Shown here one piece after another: positions 7,656-11,913 of a stretch of DNA of 11,913 bases. The notes under the pieces were generated by a model, which was not told the DNA's origin, did not search any database, and worked only from the letters and a program-made list of their open reading frames with translations. The translations under genes were made by a program, and so were the position numbers. Source of the stretch: an uncultured Fibrobacterales bacterium (lineage in GTDB: Bacteria > Fibrobacterota > Fibrobacteria > Fibrobacterales > CAWVXU01); NCBI GenBank assembly GCA_963934255.1, contig CAWVXU010000082.1, positions 1 to 11,913 of the forward strand. The letters are read 5' to 3'. How positions within the stretch are numbered: the first letter of the stretch is position 1; every line of letters starts with the position of its first letter.

Positions 7656-7698
7656 ACTATTTTTACACCCGAAACAAAGAAATAAAGAAAGAAAAAAC

Positions 7699-9810
7699 AT
7701 GTCTGATATGTTAAGTAAAATCGAAGAGTCCGTAGAGTATGCTCCGGGTAAATCTGTCACTTTTGAAACTGGCCGTTTGGCTAAGCAAGCATCTGGCTCA
7801 GTAGCTGTAAAAGCTGGCGATGCATTCCTACTTTGTACTATGTGTTATGGTGGCGAGTCTTCAATGGGCTTTTTCCCATTAACTGTTGATTACCGAGAAA
7901 AAGCATATGCTGCTGGTAAATTCCCTGGTGGATACTTCAAACGTGAAGCAAGACCTACTGACGCAGAAGTTTTAACTGCTCGTCTTATTGACCGTCCAAT
8001 TCGCCCAATGTTCCCTGAAGGATTCATGCGCGAAGTTCAAGTTATCTTAAATGTTTTGTCTTATGATAAAGATCTACCAATTGATACATTTGGCATCTCT
8101 GCTGCATCAGTTGCAGTTGGACTTTCAGAAGTTCCATTTGAAGAGCAAGTAGCGGCTGTACGCGTTGTTAAAAATGGTGATGAATACCTTATCAATCCTG
8201 ATCACGAAACTTCAGAAGCTGGAGAACTTGAGATGATCCTTGCTGGTACTGCAGAATCTGTAGTAATGGTTGAAGGTGGTGCATGGGAAGTTCAAGAAGC
8301 TGATATCGTTGCTGGTATTCAAGCGGGACACGAAGCAATCAAAAAACTTGTTGCTGCTCAAAACGCTTTGATTGCTAAAATCAATCCTGTTAAAAAAGAA
8401 TTCGTATTACCAATTGTTGACAAAGAATTATACGCTAAAGTTGAAGAGCTTGTTGTTGCAAAACTACGCGAAACTTTCCACACTCCAATGGTTAAAACTC
8501 ATCACTACCCTGCAATGGCCGCTATCAAAGACGAGCTTCTTGCAACACTAGGTGAAGAGTATGCAGATCGCGCAAAAGAAATCAAAGGTTACTTTGCTGA
8601 CGTTGAGCGTGTTGAAATGCGTAACCAAATCCTTAATGAACAACTTCGTATCGACGGACGTGGCCCAGCTGATATCCGTGCAATCGAAATTGAAAACCAA
8701 GTACTCCCTTCTGTACACGGTTCAGCTCTTTTCCAACGTGGTGAGACTCAAGGTCTTGTTGCTGCGACTCTTGGCACTAAAGACGACGAGCAACACATCG
8801 AGACTCTTGGTGGAACTATCCACAAAAACTACAACTTACACTATAACTTCCCTCCTTTCTCTGTTGGTGAAGTAAAACGCACAGGTTCTGTATCTCGCCG
8901 TGAAATTGGTCATGGCCAATTAGCTGAACGTTCACTTAATCCTGTACTTCCTCATCCTGAAGATTTCCCATACACAATTCGTCTTGTGTCTGAGATCCTA
9001 GAATCTAACGGTTCTTCATCTATGGCTTCTGTTTGTGGTGGTTCACTTGCTCTTATGGACGCTGGTGTTCCAACTAAAGCACACGTTGCGGGTATCGCAA
9101 TGGGCATGATTTCTGAAGGTGACAAATACCAAATTCTTTCTGATATCACTGGTACTGAAGATCACCTTGGTGATATGGACTTCAAGATCACTGGTACTAA
9201 AGAAGGTGTGACTGCTTTCCAAATGGATATCAAAATCAAAGGTATCACTGCTGAACTTATGTCTGAAGCTCTTATTCAAGCAAAAGCTGGCCGTAACCAC
9301 ATCCTTGGTAAAATGGACGAATGCATGTCTGAACCTCGCCCACAGGTTTCAGAAAAAGCACCAGCGATTATCTCTCTCAAAATTGATTCAAGTAAGATCC
9401 GTGACATTATCGGACCTGGAGGAAACGTTATCCGTGGAATCCAATCAACTACAGGTACTAATCTATCAGTAGATGACAATGGTAACGTAACTATCGCTGC
9501 TCCAACTCGCAAAGCCGGTGATGTTGCTCTTAAAATGGTCCAAGAGATCGTTGCAGAAGCAGAAGTTGATAAAGTATACATGGGTAAAGTGAAATCAGTT
9601 GTGAACTTCGGTGCATTTATTGAAATCCTTCCTGGTAAAGAAGGTCTACTTCATATTTCAGAAATCCAACATGAGAAAACTGACAAAGTTGAAGATGTTC
9701 TTTCTGTAGGTGATGAGCTTGAAATCAAATGTATTGGTGTTGACCCTCGCGGCAAGATCAAACTTTCTCGTAAAGCTTTACTTCCAAGACCAGAAGCACA
9801 AGAAGCATAA
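7699..9810 (+). CDS. pnp: Polyribonucleotide nucleotidyltransferase (PNPase)
   Basis: Motifs FETGRLAKQA, FFPLTVDYREK, LIDRPIRP, HGSALFQRGETQ, RREIGHG, ESNGSSSMASVCG and DHLGDMDFK, then KH (IIGPGG) and S1 (FGAFIEILPGKEGLLHISEI) domains. Codon bias is typical of a highly expressed gene. Confidence 0.99.
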   Translation: MSDMLSKIEESVEYAPGKSVTFETGRLAKQASGSVAVKAGDAFLLCTMCYGGESSMGFFPLTVDYREKAYAAGKFPGGYFKREARPTDAEVLTARLIDRPIRPMFPEGFMREVQVILNVLSYDKDLPIDTFGISAASVAVGLSEVPFEEQVAAVRVVKNGDEYLINPDHETSEAGELEMILAGTAESVVMVEGGAWEVQEADIVAGIQAGHEAIKKLVAAQNALIAKINPVKKEFVLPIVDKELYAKVEELVVAKLRETFHTPMVKTHHYPAMAAIKDELLATLGEEYADRAKEIKGYFADVERVEMRNQILNEQLRIDGRGPADIRAIEIENQVLPSVHGSALFQRGETQGLVAATLGTKDDEQHIETLGGTIHKNYNLHYNFPPFSVGEVKRTGSVSRREIGHGQLAERSLNPVLPHPEDFPYTIRLVSEILESNGSSSMASVCGGSLALMDAGVPTKAHVAGIAMGMISEGDKYQILSDITGTEDHLGDMDFKITGTKEGVTAFQMDIKIKGITAELMSEALIQAKAGRNHILGKMDECMSEPRPQVSEKAPAIISLKIDSSKIRDIIGPGGNVIRGIQSTTGTNLSVDDNGNVTIAAPTRKAGDVALKMVQEIVAEAEVDKVYMGKVKSVVNFGAFIEILPGKEGLLHISEIQHEKTDKVEDVLSVGDELEIKCIGVDPRGKIKLSRKALLPRPEAQEA

Positions 9811-9849
9811 ACGTTTTAGCTTTTGACTTTGGTCTTAATGACTTAATTC

Positions 9850-9893
9850 ATTTAAAAAAAGCCCTACTCAATTGAGTAGGGCTTTTTTTAAAT
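9850..9893. terminator. Bidirectional rho-independent terminator downstream of pnp
   Basis: ATTTAAAAAAAGCCCTACTCAATTGAGTAGGGCTTTTTTTAAAT is a perfect 44-bp palindrome with a GC stem flanked by A7 and T7 tracts, about 40 nt after the pnp stop. Confidence 0.93.
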
Positions 9894-10175
9894 ATAATCC
9901 GGATTTTTACTGAGACCTAGCTTATTAACAGGGTCCTTTATTAATTGATGTTAAAATTCTAATCCATTCATTCTCGGCATACTCATGCCGAGCAAGATTA
10001 AAAACGATTGTGGTACTTTATTGTTCCTTAGTTTGGTCGTTGGGATACCACCATACTGAAACCTGTCTAAAACCTTAACGACTTGATCATAAAATTGAGC
10101 CGATTTGAAGAGAATTTTAAAAATGAGAATGATATCACCGATCAGGGTAAACTTTGGAATATCCAGAACTTTCAA
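9888..10175 (-). pseudogene. Decayed single-domain response regulator (CheY/Rcp1-like receiver) remnant
   Basis: The translation KLRNNKVPQSFLILLGMSMPRMNGLEF*HQLIKDP follows the receiver pattern LILLD-x-x-MPRMNGLEFL-x-x-L-x-x-DP. The phosphoacceptor Asp is Gly (GGC), the expected Leu is TAA (9951-9953), the acidic pocket is eroded (LIGD) and the C-terminal half is absent. Confidence 0.7.
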
Positions 10176-10206
10176 TGATTGGTTAAAATTTTTGTAGATT
10201 TAGATT

Positions 10207-11469
10207 ATGAAAATACAACAAACAGAACTTCCTAATGGCGTCGTCGTCATCACTGAATCCCAATCAGCCTTTGCCTCTGCAACTATAGGTGTTTGGGTTG
10301 AAAATGGCTCTCGCCATGAAACACCAGAACTTAACGGTGTGTCACATTTTTATGAACACATGGTCTTTAAAGGCACTCAAAAGCGTGACCCTTTAGAGCA
10401 GGTTCAAGCCATCGAAGCAAAGGGTGGATATATCAATGCCTATACCACTCGCGACCATACTTGTTTTTATACCAAAGTAGTCGAACAAGAGATCGGTGTT
10501 GCTACCGATGTATTATGTGATATGATTAATGCACCATTACTCGAAAAAGAAGAATTCACTAAAGAAAAAGAAGTGATTTTAGAAGAAGTTCGCGCAAGTA
10601 TTGATGCACCAGAAGATATCATTCACGATCTTTTTGCAGAAGCGCTTTGGGGCCAAACGGGACTAGGACAGCCTATTGCTGGTTATCTCAAAACGGTGAA
10701 AAGTATTGACATTAAAGATCTCAGATCTTATCAAACCAAAGTCAAATCCAAATTTCGAGTGGTTGTTTCTGCTGCTGGTGCTGTGAATCATAAGAAATTT
10801 GTAAAGATGGTTGAAGAGGCATTAAATACTCAGAAATCTTTGAAAAGTCACAAAGCAAAATTCCAACCACCAATTCCCAAACATTTTGTTAAGAAAAAAG
10901 ATGTTCAACAATGTAATGTGGTATTAGGTACTGCAATTGGAGCCACAGACCGACGTCAGCAGATAGCAATGAACATTGTCAATAGCATCTTTGGTGATGG
11001 TATGGCGAGTCGTTTATTTCAAGTAATTCGTGAAGAGCATGGTTTGGCTTATAGTGTTTATTCCTGCATGGATAACTATTCGGACACGATGTGTTTTAGT
11101 TTGTGCATGACTCTTGAAGACAAGAAGTTTGAGCAAGCGATGCAAATCCTCAACGATGAGATTTGCAAATTTAAGACCGATGGTGCAACTCAAGAAGAAT
11201 TTGATCAAGCCAAAGACTCCCTAAAGGGTGGATTACAATTAAGTCTTGAGTCAACAAGTGCTCGTATGAATTTCATGGTACGTCAATTCTTACGACGTCC
11301 GAGTGAAGAGATTTTAAAGCCGGTACAGATTTTAAAATTAATTGATGAAGTGACTCTTGATGATGTTAATTCTCTTTTACCTGAGATCTTCAATAAAAAG
11401 GATTGGGCGTCCGCTTTGATCCAGCCTAAAGATTCTAAGCTATCGGTTAAAAAGTGGTTGAAGTTTTAA
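10207..11469 (+). CDS. M16 family (pitrilysin/processing peptidase-like, M16B) zinc peptidase
   Basis: GSRHE...GVSHFYEHMVFKGT contains the inverted zinc motif HxxEH. Also INAYTTRDHTCFY, KEKEVILEE and SRLFQVIREEHGLAYSV. A position downstream of pnp is common for this family. Confidence 0.95.
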   Translation: MKIQQTELPNGVVVITESQSAFASATIGVWVENGSRHETPELNGVSHFYEHMVFKGTQKRDPLEQVQAIEAKGGYINAYTTRDHTCFYTKVVEQEIGVATDVLCDMINAPLLEKEEFTKEKEVILEEVRASIDAPEDIIHDLFAEALWGQTGLGQPIAGYLKTVKSIDIKDLRSYQTKVKSKFRVVVSAAGAVNHKKFVKMVEEALNTQKSLKSHKAKFQPPIPKHFVKKKDVQQCNVVLGTAIGATDRRQQIAMNIVNSIFGDGMASRLFQVIREEHGLAYSVYSCMDNYSDTMCFSLCMTLEDKKFEQAMQILNDEICKFKTDGATQEEFDQAKDSLKGGLQLSLESTSARMNFMVRQFLRRPSEEILKPVQILKLIDEVTLDDVNSLLPEIFNKKDWASALIQPKDSKLSVKKWLKF

Positions 11470-11855
11470 AATCTTTCGTGGGCGAGTCCCGCATTTGGAT
11501 TTATGGTTATGGGGTCGAAGGTCAGTCAAGTTTTCGATTTTTCAAAAGTCATGGGTTTGATGTTGGGGTGATTGATGGCAACTCTGAGCTGATTGTGGAG
11601 GAAGCAAGTCGTAGTGTTTTAGGTCAAGATGTTTCGGTGTTTTTCTCCAGTTGTGACTCGCATGATTTAATTATTCGTAGTGCGGGTATATCTCCTTTAA
11701 AGCCTGAGATTCAGCAAGCACTCAAGTGCGGTGCTCGCATTAGCTCTCAACTTAATATCTTCGCTTTATTGTGTCCGCTTCCTGTGGTGGCTGTGACAGG
11801 GACGATGGGTAAGGGGACTACATGCTCTGTGCTCAAGCAGCCATGCCGAGGCTAG
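11454..11855 (+). CDS. murD: MurD-family UDP-MurNAc-L-Ala:glutamate ligase, N-terminal fragment only (similarity ends near 11840)
   Basis: IWIYGYGVEGQS, DLIIRSAGISP and the P-loop VVAVTGTMGKGTT are present. The GTG start overlaps the peptidase end. After SVLKQ the frame reads PCRG-stop and the expected GNIG motif is missing in all three forward frames. Confidence 0.75.
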   Translation: MVEVLKSFVGESRIWIYGYGVEGQSSFRFFKSHGFDVGVIDGNSELIVEEASRSVLGQDVSVFFSSCDSHDLIIRSAGISPLKPEIQQALKCGARISSQLNIFALLCPLPVVAVTGTMGKGTTCSVLKQPCRG

Positions 11856-11913
11856 TCGCGGCGGGCGGCGGGTCCATCGTATGTATATGGTCGGGGGTCC
11901 CAGGGTTTCGTGG

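Noticed and set aside
88..9581. Short alternative-frame or antisense ORFs (88-459, 926-1117, 1237-1518, 1846-2085, 2105-2299, 2546-2758, 3728-3979, 4629-4880, 5816-6001, 8552-8875, 8952-9149, 9043-9300, 9276-9581)
   Set aside because: All overlap well-supported genes and show no recognisable motifs. Those in pnp are expected by-products of strong codon bias.
9951..10175. Treating the 74-aa minus ORF as an intact small protein
   Set aside because: Receiver-like sequence continues past its stop and key residues are lost, so a pseudogene fits better.
11014..11208. 64-aa antisense ORF inside the M16 peptidase
   Set aside because: Shadow ORF with no motif support.
11842..11850. CATGCCGAG identical to 9984-9992, as a possible target-site duplication or recombination repeat
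   Set aside because: A single 9-nt match in 12 kb is expected by chance, and the copies do not bound a mobile-looking unit.
1..11913. CRISPR arrays, tRNA/rRNA genes, transposases, cobalamin riboswitch
   Set aside because: No regularly spaced repeats or recognisable RNA-gene or transposase motifs were seen by eye. The 68-bp carH intergenic region is too short for a typical cobalamin riboswitch. No covariance-model search was run.

Overview
AT-rich bacterial window. PNPase resembles Fibrobacterota orthologues as I recall them (not searched). From left to right: a 5'-truncated CsgG/HfaB-like protein; a minus-strand exported hypothetical gene; and a tightly coupled plus-strand operon. The operon is headed by a MerR-HTH plus cobalamin-binding CarH/LitR-type photoreceptor with intact W-x9-EH and DxHxxG motifs. 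It continues with a COG2907 FAD oxidoreductase (UfaD-like), DUF1365 (UfaO-like), a CFA-synthase-family methyltransferase (UfaM-like), DUF2062, DUF1295 and a small membrane protein. A near-perfect inverted repeat lies between the two divergent starts. The best reading is a B12-dependent, light-switched module for modified (probably furan) fatty acid synthesis in photo-oxidative protection. The right part is housekeeping: pnp with a 44-bp palindromic terminator, a decayed receiver-domain pseudogene, an M16 peptidase, and a murD-like gene that breaks into a 67% GC tail at the window end. No RNA genes, CRISPR arrays or transposases were seen.
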